Position numbers and translations under genes: made by a program. DNA of 64,000 bases from a virus. The DNA lies in the IMG/VR virus record IMGVR_UViG_3300029258_002996. One strand, written 5' to 3'. A model generated the notes under the pieces. It ran no database searches and had not been told where the DNA came from. It saw only the letters and a program-made list of their open reading frames with translations. The number at the start of each line of letters is the position of its first letter. Within the stretch, counting starts at the first letter, position 1. Of the stretch, positions 45,335 to 56,800 are shown piece by piece.

Positions 45335-47173
45335 CTAACCAGCCGTGGTCGGCAAACCGCCCCCCGAAGGGGCTTCGATGGTATCGTTCAACGGCCCCGT
45401 AGATTCTGCACTTCCGGGAGGCGCACTCTCGTCTGTCATGTCCTTGCCCGCAGCAGCAGGGGGCTTCCCAGCAGCTCCCGGAGGTTTGGCTCCGGCGCCA
45501 GGGGTTCCTGGAGGTGTTGGCTTGGCCGGTTGGTTCTGCTGAATGTACTGCTGAGCCAGCTCTTTCCCGAGCGTCTTTTCGATGTGCTCGCGATCCTCCT
45601 TGAACTCGTGAAGACTCTTTTCCAGCTCCTCCTTGTAATCGAGGCCCACGGCACCGGCAGCGGTCGACTTAGATACCGGAATCTGGAAAGCGTCCTTGAG
45701 CGCCTTGTACGCCTGGAGAACATCGGTGTCGACGCTGGGATCCAGCTTGTTCTTCCACTTGACCGTGGGCATGATGAGGAGACGTTCCTCCTCGATTTCC
45801 TGAGCGGTGCGCTTGATTCGATACCTGTGGTTCACCTCGGACGGTGTCGAAGTCGTCCACTCGTTGATCTCCGAAATCGGCCTGAAGAACTTGGGGTACA
45901 GCCAAACCGTCTCCAGGTACTGACGAAGCGAAAGGAGGCGTCGGAGAAAGACTTGAAGACCGCTCTTCGCACTGGCGAAGGTCTGCTCTCCCGACATAAA
46001 AGATTTGGACAAACCCAGACCGAGCAGCTTCACGCGCTCAATTACATCGTGGTACTTATTAATATTTACTTCTCGGTCTTGAGCGCCCCAAGCCTCGAAG
46101 TTTATCCCGTAATGATAGATTAACCAACTGGCCGGGTCCACCTCGATTCGGTTGAGCATTTCTAATAATTTTGCTTCAGAACCCGGAGCCGGGATCCACC
46201 CACTGGCGGGATCCCCGAGTTTTAAAACTTTTACGGGGGCCGCGCTACGTCTAAATATGGCAATCGTCGAATTGTATACCGCGTCCTCCACCATGAATAT
46301 TCTCCAGAGGCGGCTCGCGATGGAGGTTCCCCTGATCTCGTAGGGGTGGAGTTTCCGGGCAATGAACGAACAGTTCAACGAAGAGAGTCGAATCGGCTGC
46401 CGAGCCAGAATTTTACTCACGAACTCCTGGGGCAGATGCCTCTTCAGCTCTTGAGATTCTCGGGATCCATCCGACAAGAGCCGACGTAGATTGTCGTCAG
46501 GGACAAAGTTGAGGATCGGCTCCATGTCGATGATCGGGCTGTCGAGCACCTCGATATAGTCGGGGTTGTGGAACCCGATGTACGTCCAGATACCCAGCTC
46601 GTCGTCGAAGAAATTGTGGGGAATCGCCTCTCCCACGGATAGGTACTCTCGCACGATGTACTTCAACCGATCAATCAGGTTCACCTTCTCGCACATGTAC
46701 TCCAAAGTTCTCTTGATCTCGACAGACTCCTTGGCATCTCCGAGCACGATGTCGTAATCCGAGACGAGCATATCCGCGTACATGTCGATAGCGGTACCGA
46801 ACAGAGGGTCGAGCCGGTGAAAAAGACGCCAGTCCTCGTTAGCTTCGATTCGGCTCCGTGGGTACTGAACTCGGTCTGGGGATTCCACCTGCGGCAGATA
46901 GGGACGCTGCATGTGGTAGAACGTGCTTCCACCGCCTCCTCCGCCGCCGTAAGGGGTTACCCCGTAGGGCATACCCCCCGAGAATACCCCCGCCCCTCCA
47001 GAAGCGTGTCGACGGCCTCCTACGGACAATGTGGCCCCAGCGGGTAGAACGCTCGCCGCGATCTCCCGCTGCTGGTAGCTGGGATCCCCGAGATTCACAA
47101 GACGGGGTTTGAAGCTCCCCATTGATCTGCGCCGTCTAGGCACGAAACTATCCATCGGTTTTTTCCTTCGCAT
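45335..47173 (-). CDS. Portal protein
   Basis: DPLFGTAIDMY, REYLSVGEA, GTSIASRLWR, VLKLGD and Pro-rich tail. Upstream of the gpF-like and protease genes. Confidence 0.88.
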   Translation of the reverse strand: MRRKKPMDSFVPRRRRSMGSFKPRLVNLGDPSYQQREIAASVLPAGATLSVGGRRHASGGAGVFSGGMPYGVTPYGGGGGGGSTFYHMQRPYLPQVESPDRVQYPRSRIEANEDWRLFHRLDPLFGTAIDMYADMLVSDYDIVLGDAKESVEIKRTLEYMCEKVNLIDRLKYIVREYLSVGEAIPHNFFDDELGIWTYIGFHNPDYIEVLDSPIIDMEPILNFVPDDNLRRLLSDGSRESQELKRHLPQEFVSKILARQPIRLSSLNCSFIARKLHPYEIRGTSIASRLWRIFMVEDAVYNSTIAIFRRSAAPVKVLKLGDPASGWIPAPGSEAKLLEMLNRIEVDPASWLIYHYGINFEAWGAQDREVNINKYHDVIERVKLLGLGLSKSFMSGEQTFASAKSGLQVFLRRLLSLRQYLETVWLYPKFFRPISEINEWTTSTPSEVNHRYRIKRTAQEIEEERLLIMPTVKWKNKLDPSVDTDVLQAYKALKDAFQIPVSKSTAAGAVGLDYKEELEKSLHEFKEDREHIEKTLGKELAQQYIQQNQPAKPTPPGTPGAGAKPPGAAGKPPAAAGKDMTDESAPPGSAESTGPLNDTIEAPSGGGLPTTAG

Positions 47174-47624
47174 CGAGTCCAGTGATAAAGTCTAGCAGAG
47201 GAGAATAGTCGAGTGCTTTACCTCGATCTGGAATTTTTTCGAAAGGTATCGGCAAGAGATCCAGTTCGATTTCCCGCTGACCCAAGACATCCGCTTCAAG
47301 CTTGTGCTTGCACCGCTCCTCGAATACTTTAGGATATTTTTCATATAGAGCATCCAAGGCGGTTCCGTATCCTAAGACATCTCCCCGAAAAGTACGCTCC
47401 AGCTTCGTCCTCTCCACAGCAAACTGGTAGAACTCTGGGGAAACGTCCAACTGCTCCTCAGTCGGAAACCTCACGTCGGACACGTAATCCTGATACGCTC
47501 GCTTAACCGTGCGGTAGTTGCGAGCGATCAGAATCATGAAGGATTTTTCGAGTTCGAGTCCGGAAATGCGAGCCAAGGCTCGTTCCGCCTCCTGAAGATC
47601 GCCATTCCGGAACCTCACCTTCAT
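47148..47624 (-). CDS. Helical protein, possible fibre chaperone (DUF1617-like), paralogue B
   Basis: MKV start, IARN motif and C-terminal EIELDL...IPD, shared with the upstream gene. Confidence 0.55.
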   Translation of the reverse strand: MKVRFRNGDLQEAERALARISGLELEKSFMILIARNYRTVKRAYQDYVSDVRFPTEEQLDVSPEFYQFAVERTKLERTFRGDVLGYGTALDALYEKYPKVFEERCKHKLEADVLGQREIELDLLPIPFEKIPDRGKALDYSPLLDFITGLDAKEKTDG

Positions 47625-48229
47625 TTCGAGGAGTCTTCCTTTTTGGACTTTTCGGACTTGGAGGGAGACGCATTCACGTCCACATCTTCCTTGATGATCT
47701 TCAAATCATACAAGATTTCCAGATCATCCACAGTAAACAGCTCGACATCATCGGGAATGAGCGAGAGGTTGAATTTGAAAAAAGAAACCTCGGATTCCTC
47801 CTTGAGAAGCTTCTGAAATTCCTCCTCGCGAGCTTCCTGACGTTCGATAGCCTCTTTGTGTTCATCCAAGTTTCTCAGATTTTCGACTTCTTTATCGTAC
47901 TCCTCTTGACGGGAATCGTCGATGAAGTACTGTATTCGGCCATCGGGAAGTCTTTTCGGAGGCTTCTTTTTCTCCCGCCCCCTATCGTCAGTAAGAATCT
48001 CGGAGTACTCCTCCGCGATCTTTCCCAAGGCTCGTTCGTACTCCCTGAAGTCCTCACCCGGGGTCGTGGCCTCGCGAATAGCCTCCAAAGGCTCTTTGAT
48101 TTTGTTCTTGTTTCTCGCCAAAGCATACTTCAACTTCACGAGACCGGTGGCTTTGGACCTGGACGCGACTTGATCAAAAACATTGATCAGTCTCTCTAGC
48201 TTGAAGAGGGTTTCATTCTTGACTTTCAT
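47621..48229 (-). CDS. Helical protein, possible fibre chaperone (DUF1617-like), paralogue A
   Basis: KYALARNKNKIK...LLKEESEV pattern, immediately downstream of the fibre genes. Confidence 0.6.
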   Translation of the reverse strand: MKVKNETLFKLERLINVFDQVASRSKATGLVKLKYALARNKNKIKEPLEAIREATTPGEDFREYERALGKIAEEYSEILTDDRGREKKKPPKRLPDGRIQYFIDDSRQEEYDKEVENLRNLDEHKEAIERQEAREEEFQKLLKEESEVSFFKFNLSLIPDDVELFTVDDLEILYDLKIIKEDVDVNASPSKSEKSKKEDSSK

Positions 48230-48306
48230 AGGATACTCCTTTTTCCAAATATCTGTTCCCCACTACACTACCAGATTTGTAGAAAAATCGATCCTCCTGA
48301 ATGATC

Positions 48307-51300
48307 TTAATGGTTCGCGCCGGTGGCTTCCGCCGTGTTGCTGGTCCCGTACTGGTTATTCGTATTCGAACCCGTCGTCGAACCTTGGAAGGAAGTGGTG
48401 TCGTCCGCGTTTCCGATAATAGTGCTGTAATCAAAGCTAGTAACGTCGATTTTCGTCGTCCCCGTGTAACAGGTGTTTCCGACGATTACCCAATACCTGG
48501 GTTTAGCCCCAGTACCCGCAGTGATTTTTCCAGAAATGCAAGTTTCTCCGGAAGCTACGATGATCGTGTTTGAGGAGATCACACCGCCATCGGCTCCGTT
48601 CGTATCCCCATCTGGGTTGTCTACGAGGATCCCGTAGCCTCCACCAGTGCCGCTCGGGTTGAAACCGCCTATGGTATTTCCCGTGATGTTCGCCCTAGCG
48701 GGATTGTTACCCTCACCGCTCTTACCGCCGACCCAGATACCTCGTTGGCTGGTAGCTCCGCCGTTGATGTTGTTCCCCATAACCACGCACATGTCGGCTT
48801 CGGACCCAAGGTAGATGAACGAGCCAGTATATGCAGTATCGTAAGCAATGTACTCGCCCTCCAAGGTGTTTCCGACAAAAGAAACGTTTCCGTGGTCTAT
48901 CAGAACCAAGTGGTTGTTCGAGTCCCAATCGTAACTTCCGCTGTTCGTTCGAAACGCTTTAAAACAGTTATTGCTGATTCTGTGTCCGTGAAAAACGTTC
49001 GAAGTGGCCTCAGCCATATAAATAAAGCTATCCGAGGTCCCCTCGCTATTCTCAAATTCGTTGTCAGTTACGGAAAACCTCTTAGTGGAAGCATCTAAGT
49101 AAATCTGACAAGATGCGTTGGAATAGGAAGTCTGGTCTCCAGCCTCGAAGACGTTCTCCGTGATCTGACATCTTTCGGCACCCGTCGCATAAACGATGTA
49201 CTTGCACTGCACCCCCGGCCAACTATTCGTTGCATTTTGGTAACATCGATTCCCCGTAATCCGGACATGCTCACACGAGGATATCTTGATCAACGAACCA
49301 GTGGCACTCTCTGAAGTATTGAGAAATAGACAGTTCTCAACAGTCACCTTATCACAACTCGTATAAACCGAGTTGAATGAACTAGCATCCCCCGTATTGA
49401 AATCGAACGCACAATTCGAAAGACGAGAATTTTCAGCTCCCGCTGCGAACCTGATAAATCCAGCAGTCGTCACGGACGGAACGGACTCACGAGTTGTCGT
49501 AGTGAACAGAACGTCCGTAACCGCAAGTGGGTGAGCACAATTCAGATAGTTACTGGTGCTGTCGGTATTGAAGTTGATCGTTCCCGGCCCGAAAATGCTC
49601 TTGGTTTCCCCAAGAGTAATAGAATCTTCCAAATCATAGGTAACGTTCGGCAACAAGACGATGATCATCGGGGTTGCCGTGGTCAACATCGTCTTCAGCT
49701 CTGCCCCATTCTTAGGAACGTAGACTTGATCCTCAATGGACAAAAAAGAATCAAACGTAAACGTGGTCTCGTCGCTCTTGACATCTATCGTTGAAGCTCG
49801 GGTTCCCTGCTCACCGACAGTAACGGTCCGAGCAGAGCTGTTCGAATTAGTGCCGATATTTATATCGGCATCGAGATCGGCCCCTCCGTTGTTGCCGATA
49901 TCGATTACGGTCGTAGCCTCCAGGTAGAGATTCCCCGCCCCACTCGTGTTCTTCGCGTACACTTGAACGTTCGCAGCCTGAGCGTTGACACTGTCGGCAC
50001 TGAGGACAGCGGTAAGGCTGCTGCTCGTCGAGGCGTCCCCGACTGCTGTAGCGCGCACATCGTACCCCTGCAACGAGATTAGAGACCCCCGGTTGGCCAC
50101 GCTGTCCCACTCGCCTATGATTATCGTTCTTGCGGCAGAGTCAGTAGCGGTTCCAATGTTAATATCCGCATCAAAATCAGCGTTACCGGTGGCCCCTATG
50201 TTGAGAGTCGTGGTCGCGTCCACGTAAAGATTACCGCTACCCGCACCCGAGTTTTTCGCGTACAGGAAAGCATTTGCAGTCTGGGCATTCGCGGACTCCG
50301 AAGAGACCAAAGCAGTAAGAGGGCTCGAAGTCGAGCTGTCTCCTTGAGCAATCAGCCTGGAGTCAATTCCTAGAATCTGCACGGTGGAGCCACGGTTGTT
50401 CACCGCATCCATCTCGCCAACAAGGATCGTCCGTGCGCTACTCGTGCTCGAACTCCCGATATTGAGATCGGCATCGCCGCCTTGGTTTGTGCCGATGTTG
50501 ATTTCAGTGTCCGCATCGACGAACACTTTTGCATCTCCGCTTCCACCACTCTGAGAGGCTTCCACGTAAACGGAAAGCGTCCCGGTGTGCCCCGAAGCTC
50601 CGGTCGCCACGACTGTAACGGATTGATTACCCGAGCTACCGTCCTTGGCAATCGCAGACACTTGAACAGTTCGACCGTTTACAAAAGTGGTGGATCCCCG
50701 ATTGGCGGTAAGATCACCCTCACCAACCGTGACAGTACGCGCCGAACTAGTGCTGGTCGTTCCGATATTGACAGGCTCATCGTAAGTGGCCGCACCGCCT
50801 GCGCTCGTACCGATATTCAAGGCGGTCTCGGCGTTGACGTACACTACGGCATCTTCGCTACTACCGTTTTTGTAAGCTCGAACATATAGAGAAGTCTCAT
50901 CACCAACCGTTCCGCTACCGCGTGCTTCGAGGAAAACATCTCCGCTTTGCAGAGCATCCCCTAGAGACTGGATGGTGATACTGTTTCCATGAATACTCAC
51001 GGTATGCGCGGAATCAATGTAAATAGATTCGCTGGCAGTATTGGTACTGAGAGTTACCCTAGAATTGCCGCTGTCCCACCAGAGACCTGCGTCTTCCGTA
51101 CTTTCAAACGCATACCCAGGATTGGCAGCACTGCCGTCACCGACCTGAAGAGTATCTCCGTCCGTATCGGGACTGAGAATCGTTCCAGAGCGCTCCCAGT
51201 AAACGGTCGGAATCGCACCCTTCAGCTCGTTCAGCGCTCCAATGATCGAAGATGCGGTAAACCCCCCATCGAGACTAGTCTCCCCAGATTCGTTCAAGGT

Positions 51301-53802
51301 AATGGTTGCGCTACGAGCGCCAAGAGTGAGATCTTGAGACGAACCGTCCGCGATTATGTTCGCATTTCGATCAATGTAGAGAGTCAACGTCGTGTTCGAG
51401 TACCCGCGAAGTAGATAGGCGCTCGCATCTTCCGACACGAGATCCAGGCACGCACCACCGTTCCAACGGGTGTCGGTTCCTGCGGTAAGTCGCAAGACGA
51501 CGGGAGCACCTTCCGAAGAAGGGTTAACCTCGATGTCCCAAGCAATCCCACTTGTGATGGAGTAGGAATTCGCAGTAACGGTCGAACCACTGGTAAAATC
51601 TACGCCGCTCCCGTTCACCGAGATGGAACCACTCGAAACTAAGTCGAGGGTACCGTTCGAGTTGATACCGAGATTCTGTCCCGCAGCATTTTGAATAGTA
51701 TCGTAGACTTGAAGAATCGCGCTCGTTCCGAGTTCGATAGTAGATCCGTTCAGATAAATGGTCCCCGCCGTCGCATGAGAAGTGGACGAAAGAGTCAGGT
51801 CGTCTCCGGATCCGGTACCCCCGTACAGAGTCTGCCCACCGGAACGTCCCGAGAGCAAAGCATACTGAGTGTGGTCATCATCGCCAAGACCTTGCAAGCT
51901 TCCGTGGTCTATAGTCGATCCGAATTTCGCCCAAACAAACACGCCATTGAAAACGTACAAAGCGTCTTCATCAACAACCCAGAGAGCGTACCCCTCTTCC
52001 GGCCTCGTGTAATCCCAAGAAGAGCCGTCATATTCAGCAATTGTACCGGGTCCGGATCCGCTATCTTGAGCCCAGCTATCTCCAGTGGTCGCCCAATGCA
52101 TCTTGCCGTCAGCGGTCGAGCTGGGAATAGATTCGCTGACAACGATATCCGTATTGGGATCATTCCAGGTAGCGCTGACAACCGTGTACCAAGTATCGTT
52201 GGCGGTCGACTGACTGATCCGGATAATGTCCGTTGCAGCAAGAGAAGCAGAGTAGTTTCCTGCAATGGAAAAAGTTTTCGAACCTTGGTTCACCGCGACG
52301 ATATCTTGAGGAGAGCTGGTACCGTCGCCAATGATGTATCGAGCACCTGTCGCAGGGCTCCCCGGCTCTGCCGACAAATCTTTATCGAGAACTGAATCCT
52401 GCCACTCCAATCCCTGGACTTGGCTATCCACATACGCTTTCGTGGCGGCGTCCTGGGCAAGAGCGGGATCTACCAGATTGATGACTTTCTTGGCGTTGTT
52501 CAAGTCAATGTCGACCGCGCTCAGTGCTCGCGTACTGTTGATATCGAACAGCAGAGAACCGCCGACAGAGAATCCTAAATTATCAGAACCGACACGGTAC
52601 ATTCCAGTATCCGTATCGTCTGTAAAAGAATAAGTAGGATCGCTGTTACTTCCATTGGAGGAAAGAATCACATTGGACGTATAAAGAATGTTGTCAAGCT
52701 CCGCGACTCCATGAACAAAGAGCATGGGGGAGTGGCTTGCAGAGCCTCCGTAGCCGATTTCTACATGGTTGGTAGCAGCGTAAACAACGATTTGTCGCGG
52801 ATTATATCCTCCCGCAGAAATCGAAATGGTTTGACTGGACCCGTCCGCTACGAGACCAATCCCCACGGCAGTGGAGAAAGTGTACAAATTTACTCGATTG
52901 GCATACCAAGCACCCCACGAACCCGAGCTAGCGGTTCCGTGAAGAGTGAAGCCCCCTTGACCGGGCCACCCCGTATCGTTCTGAAAGAACATTTCGGCAC
53001 GGCCTGCTGAGTTACTGTTTCGGATCTGAAAACCTGTGGTGGTAGTGCTCACGTAAGCGTTTGCTCCGTGATAAGCTTCAAAAGCAGACCCTGCGTACAA
53101 GGTAGCCCCCGTAAAACGATATCGCCCAGTACCTGCTCCGCACTCGACGTAGGCATCAGTTCCGTTATGACGCAGCCTGAACCATTGCGTAGCGTCTTCG
53201 TTGCCGCTATGGATTAAAAGGGATGGACTTCCCGGATTGGCAGGTGAAAGATCGAAATTCCATCGATTCGTATCGGTAATTACGATAGGAGTATTGTAAG
53301 GAGTACATAAGAACAACGCAGCGCCTGTTTGGTTGGCGTCGTTCCACCCAATAAAAGCATCGTCGGAAGATCCCCAAAAAATACGCTTGTCATCCCGATA
53401 GTGCATTCCATCACTATCGAAATCACTCACCGTGCCGCCTCCGGAGGAGAACCCTACATTACCCGCTCCTATGTAGTAAATCCCCGTATCTGGATCCGAG
53501 GAGAAAGAATAGGACGGGGAACCTACCGCCCCGTCCCCTGCCTGAATTGTATCCCCAGAAGTGCGCGGGCTGATGACGGTTCCGGATCGATTCCAGTGGT
53601 TAGTGATATCGATCCAGGACGGGGATGAACCTATGTAGGTTTTGTACTTATCTGCATCCGTATCGTAATAGGACATCCCCGCCCGAGGATCTCCAGTTCC
53701 GTCATCGTTGGTATCCCACTTGTTGGATTGGATAAAGGTAAGAACGGCGGAGTCCCCAGCAAACTCACCCATGTAGTGGTGGAATCTGTAGTTATCGGAC
53801 AC
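48307..53802 (-). CDS. 1831-aa fibre protein: DUF2793-like segment, internal repeats, C-terminal beta-helix
   Basis: DAATKAYVD, WQDSVLD...PGSPATGARYII...IAEYDGSSW, four ~90-100-aa repeats and ITGN/ISNN ladders. Confidence 0.75.
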   Translation of the reverse strand: MSDNYRFHHYMGEFAGDSAVLTFIQSNKWDTNDDGTGDPRAGMSYYDTDADKYKTYIGSSPSWIDITNHWNRSGTVISPRTSGDTIQAGDGAVGSPSYSFSSDPDTGIYYIGAGNVGFSSGGGTVSDFDSDGMHYRDDKRIFWGSSDDAFIGWNDANQTGAALFLCTPYNTPIVITDTNRWNFDLSPANPGSPSLLIHSGNEDATQWFRLRHNGTDAYVECGAGTGRYRFTGATLYAGSAFEAYHGANAYVSTTTTGFQIRNSNSAGRAEMFFQNDTGWPGQGGFTLHGTASSGSWGAWYANRVNLYTFSTAVGIGLVADGSSQTISISAGGYNPRQIVVYAATNHVEIGYGGSASHSPMLFVHGVAELDNILYTSNVILSSNGSNSDPTYSFTDDTDTGMYRVGSDNLGFSVGGSLLFDINSTRALSAVDIDLNNAKKVINLVDPALAQDAATKAYVDSQVQGLEWQDSVLDKDLSAEPGSPATGARYIIGDGTSSPQDIVAVNQGSKTFSIAGNYSASLAATDIIRISQSTANDTWYTVVSATWNDPNTDIVVSESIPSSTADGKMHWATTGDSWAQDSGSGPGTIAEYDGSSWDYTRPEEGYALWVVDEDALYVFNGVFVWAKFGSTIDHGSLQGLGDDDHTQYALLSGRSGGQTLYGGTGSGDDLTLSSTSHATAGTIYLNGSTIELGTSAILQVYDTIQNAAGQNLGINSNGTLDLVSSGSISVNGSGVDFTSGSTVTANSYSITSGIAWDIEVNPSSEGAPVVLRLTAGTDTRWNGGACLDLVSEDASAYLLRGYSNTTLTLYIDRNANIIADGSSQDLTLGARSATITLNESGETSLDGGFTASSIIGALNELKGAIPTVYWERSGTILSPDTDGDTLQVGDGSAANPGYAFESTEDAGLWWDSGNSRVTLSTNTASESIYIDSAHTVSIHGNSITIQSLGDALQSGDVFLEARGSGTVGDETSLYVRAYKNGSSEDAVVYVNAETALNIGTSAGGAATYDEPVNIGTTSTSSARTVTVGEGDLTANRGSTTFVNGRTVQVSAIAKDGSSGNQSVTVVATGASGHTGTLSVYVEASQSGGSGDAKVFVDADTEINIGTNQGGDADLNIGSSSTSSARTILVGEMDAVNNRGSTVQILGIDSRLIAQGDSSTSSPLTALVSSESANAQTANAFLYAKNSGAGSGNLYVDATTTLNIGATGNADFDADINIGTATDSAARTIIIGEWDSVANRGSLISLQGYDVRATAVGDASTSSSLTAVLSADSVNAQAANVQVYAKNTSGAGNLYLEATTVIDIGNNGGADLDADINIGTNSNSSARTVTVGEQGTRASTIDVKSDETTFTFDSFLSIEDQVYVPKNGAELKTMLTTATPMIIVLLPNVTYDLEDSITLGETKSIFGPGTINFNTDSTSNYLNCAHPLAVTDVLFTTTTRESVPSVTTAGFIRFAAGAENSRLSNCAFDFNTGDASSFNSVYTSCDKVTVENCLFLNTSESATGSLIKISSCEHVRITGNRCYQNATNSWPGVQCKYIVYATGAERCQITENVFEAGDQTSYSNASCQIYLDASTKRFSVTDNEFENSEGTSDSFIYMAEATSNVFHGHRISNNCFKAFRTNSGSYDWDSNNHLVLIDHGNVSFVGNTLEGEYIAYDTAYTGSFIYLGSEADMCVVMGNNINGGATSQRGIWVGGKSGEGNNPARANITGNTIGGFNPSGTGGGYGILVDNPDGDTNGADGGVISSNTIIVASGETCISGKITAGTGAKPRYWVIVGNTCYTGTTKIDVTSFDYSTIIGNADDTTSFQGSTTGSNTNNQYGTSNTAEATGANH

Positions 53803-53833
53803 CGCCGTCCTCCCTAAGCCGAACTACCCCAGA

Positions 53834-56800
53834 CTAGGCGGCTACTGACCATCCAGTGTTACCTGCGCCCGAAGCCTTGATGTAGACTATGGTGTTCGTG
53901 GTATCTACGCAGATGTCGCCAACAGCTCCAGTCACTACGCCTTCCGGATTTCCAGCATTGGTATGAACCTGCGGAGCGTAACTGCCCACGTAAGTCACCA
54001 CGGCCTTCTCAGTCGGAACCGCATCGTCACTGTTCCCAGCCATCGTACCGTCGATAGAGAACTCGTTAATACTCGTTCCCGCCTTCAACGCGAGTCCCGA
54101 GCTTGTCCAAGTCCCCTCTGTCGTACCGTTGATGGTATGGGCAATCGATGCAGTACCGCTGCCCGACTCGTCTGCGCGAAGAATCAGAGTCGAATCAGAA
54201 GCTCCGGAACCGTTGTTGTCGACGAAGAGGGTCAACGTCAGTCCAGTGTCCGTAGTAGCCTGCGTCAACGTGTAGTTGGAGTCCGCAGCCGCATCGAAAC
54301 TGAGAGAATTCGTAGCGTCGATAGTGACATCCGTCGCGTCAATGGTCACGCTGGCCGCTGAGTTGATATCCACGGTTCCGGAAGTCACCGTCTCCAACTT
54401 CAGATCAGCGCCGGTAACCGTGAACGCCGACTTACCAGCAGCATCGATGTCGATACCACCCGCAGTCGCGTTGATGTCCATCGCGGGGGTCGTATCGATG
54501 TTCCCCGTACCCGCAGAATTGAGAATGAGCTGTTGGACAGACCCACCCGTAACGGCAAGAGTCAGATTTGCGGAGTTCGAGACGGTGAAGTCCGACGCAC
54601 TTGCAGCCGCGATGCTCACTGCGCCTCCCGCATCCACCGTAACTCCACCCGAAGCGTCAATGTCGACGCCACCTGCGGAAGCATTCAGGTAGAGCGCATT
54701 CACTCCCGTACCAGCCGACTGCAAGATGACCTGGTTAGTGCTGCCACCAGCAGCTTCGAGAGTCAGAGTCTTGGCTGATCCCGTCACCGTGAAGTTCGAA
54801 TCTTCCTGCGCATCCAGGGTAATTGCATTTGTTCCAGTCGCGTTGATATCGAGACCTACCGTCGAGTAGGTAGCAATCGGAGTAAGCTGGTTGGCTACCA
54901 CCTGCCACAGGTTCGTCCCGGTAGTGATCGCGTAAGTAATCGCGGCAACCAAGGTCATCTCGGTATTGCCGAGAGCCGTGTAGAGGGCGTCCCACTCGTT
55001 GCTCGCGTTGTACTCCGAGACCTTCATCGGATTCGCCCAGTTTGTCGCGTCCTGAAGAGCCTGATCGTCGAAGGTGATCCAACCCTCGGCATCCGCATCT
55101 GTCGCCGCACCGTATGAAACCAAGGCCAACGTCGAATGGTTCGTGGCTCCCGAAGGAGTACCGTTGTTCTCCGACTTGAGGGTGAGCGTGACATCGGTAT
55201 CCGCCGTGTCTTCCGTCACAGTGAGATTCGAACTCGCACCACCGTCCAACGTAATCGCACCCGAGGCGTTCACGTCAAACGCAGTGATGTTACTAAAGTC
55301 GATCTCTGCGGCAGCGAACGAGGCGATCAAAGAACCGTCCGCCGAAACTCCGACTGTTCCCTGCGCGGGCAGGTAGAGACCGGTGTTAGTTCCCGTATCG
55401 CCGTGGAATGCGATAGAAGGAGTTCCCGCTGCACCGTCCGCAAAGTACGCACGGTCGTCGTGGTAGACCTCATCGTCCCACTCAGTCTTGTAGTTGACGC
55501 GCATGTCGATGTTCGAATGCGTCAACGCAGAACCCGTTCCCGGGCTCATATCGATGGTGCAAACCGGGTTGTCATTTCCGAAGCCTGCTCGGGCCTCTGT
55601 GCTGTTGTAGTTCACCAAGCAGAGTACCGGAAGTACGGACTCAGTAGCGAGGATGTCCAACCGGGAGTCCTGATTGGTCTCCAACGCATCGTCGTCCACA
55701 TTTACGATCATGAACTCAATGTTGGCTCCCGAGACACCTCCGATAGTCCAGATCACTCCGTTTTGGACTGTTACATCGTCGCGGTCGAACGCAACTCCCT
55801 GAATTGAGGAGGTCGCGCCCGTGATCGTCCCGACGCTCGTCTCCAGCTTACCTGAAGTGTCGGCAATCTGTAGGACCGCGACACCGTTGGGAGCCTTTCC
55901 GTAAACGATGGCCTGGCTGAAGTCAGCGGACCAGTTCGAACCCGCCGCCTCCAAATTGATCATCTTCTGAGAAACAGGAGCACTTGTCGGAGTCTGGATG
56001 ATCTCAAGCAACGGAAGAGTCTCGTCGGTTGCCCAGTCAGAAACCATGTAGCTCTTGACATCAACGACATTCTCTCCGGAGTAAGTTCCGCTTTTTTCGT
56101 CAGTAACCGCCGCAATTGAAGTGGATCCGAGAATGAAGTCGATGTTGCTCGCCGCCGAGATGATGTCCACATCGCCGCTCGTGGCTTCGAGCGTCAGATC
56201 ACCGCTGGCTACCGTGAAACTCGATGCAAGCGCTGCGCTGATGTTGACACCCCCTGCGGTGGCATTCAGGTAGATAGCCGGATTCGCGGCTTCGGTTCCC
56301 GTTCCTGCGGATTGTACGATAACTTGATTAGCGCCTCCGCCCGAAGCTTCGAGAGTCAGAGTCTGGCCCGATCCAGCAACCGTCACGTCCGAAGAAGTCG
56401 CGCCTTCGATACTGAAGTTGGTGCTCGCGTTCACCTCGAAGGTCCCCGAAGTGGTGAAGTTAGCACTCGCCAAGCTCGTCGTCGTCAAGGCCGCAGCGCC
56501 GCTGATCGTGAAGACCGAGCTGCCGCTATCCTGAAGATCGATTGTGTTGCCGCTGCCGCTGTTGTTGACAAACAACGCACCGCCATTTGCAGAGTTCGTG
56601 ACCTCGACCGTATAGTCGGACGCATTCGAACCTGTGAACTCGACTGCGCCGGAATCCACCGTGATTACACGACCCGCGCCAGATCCCAGATTATCGTAAG
56701 CAGCATCGAGACTCCAATCGTCAATGCTAACCACCGAACCCGTGATGTCGATTCCGGTACCGCCCGTGTAGAGAGTGGAACCAGCGAACTGGACCCAAGC

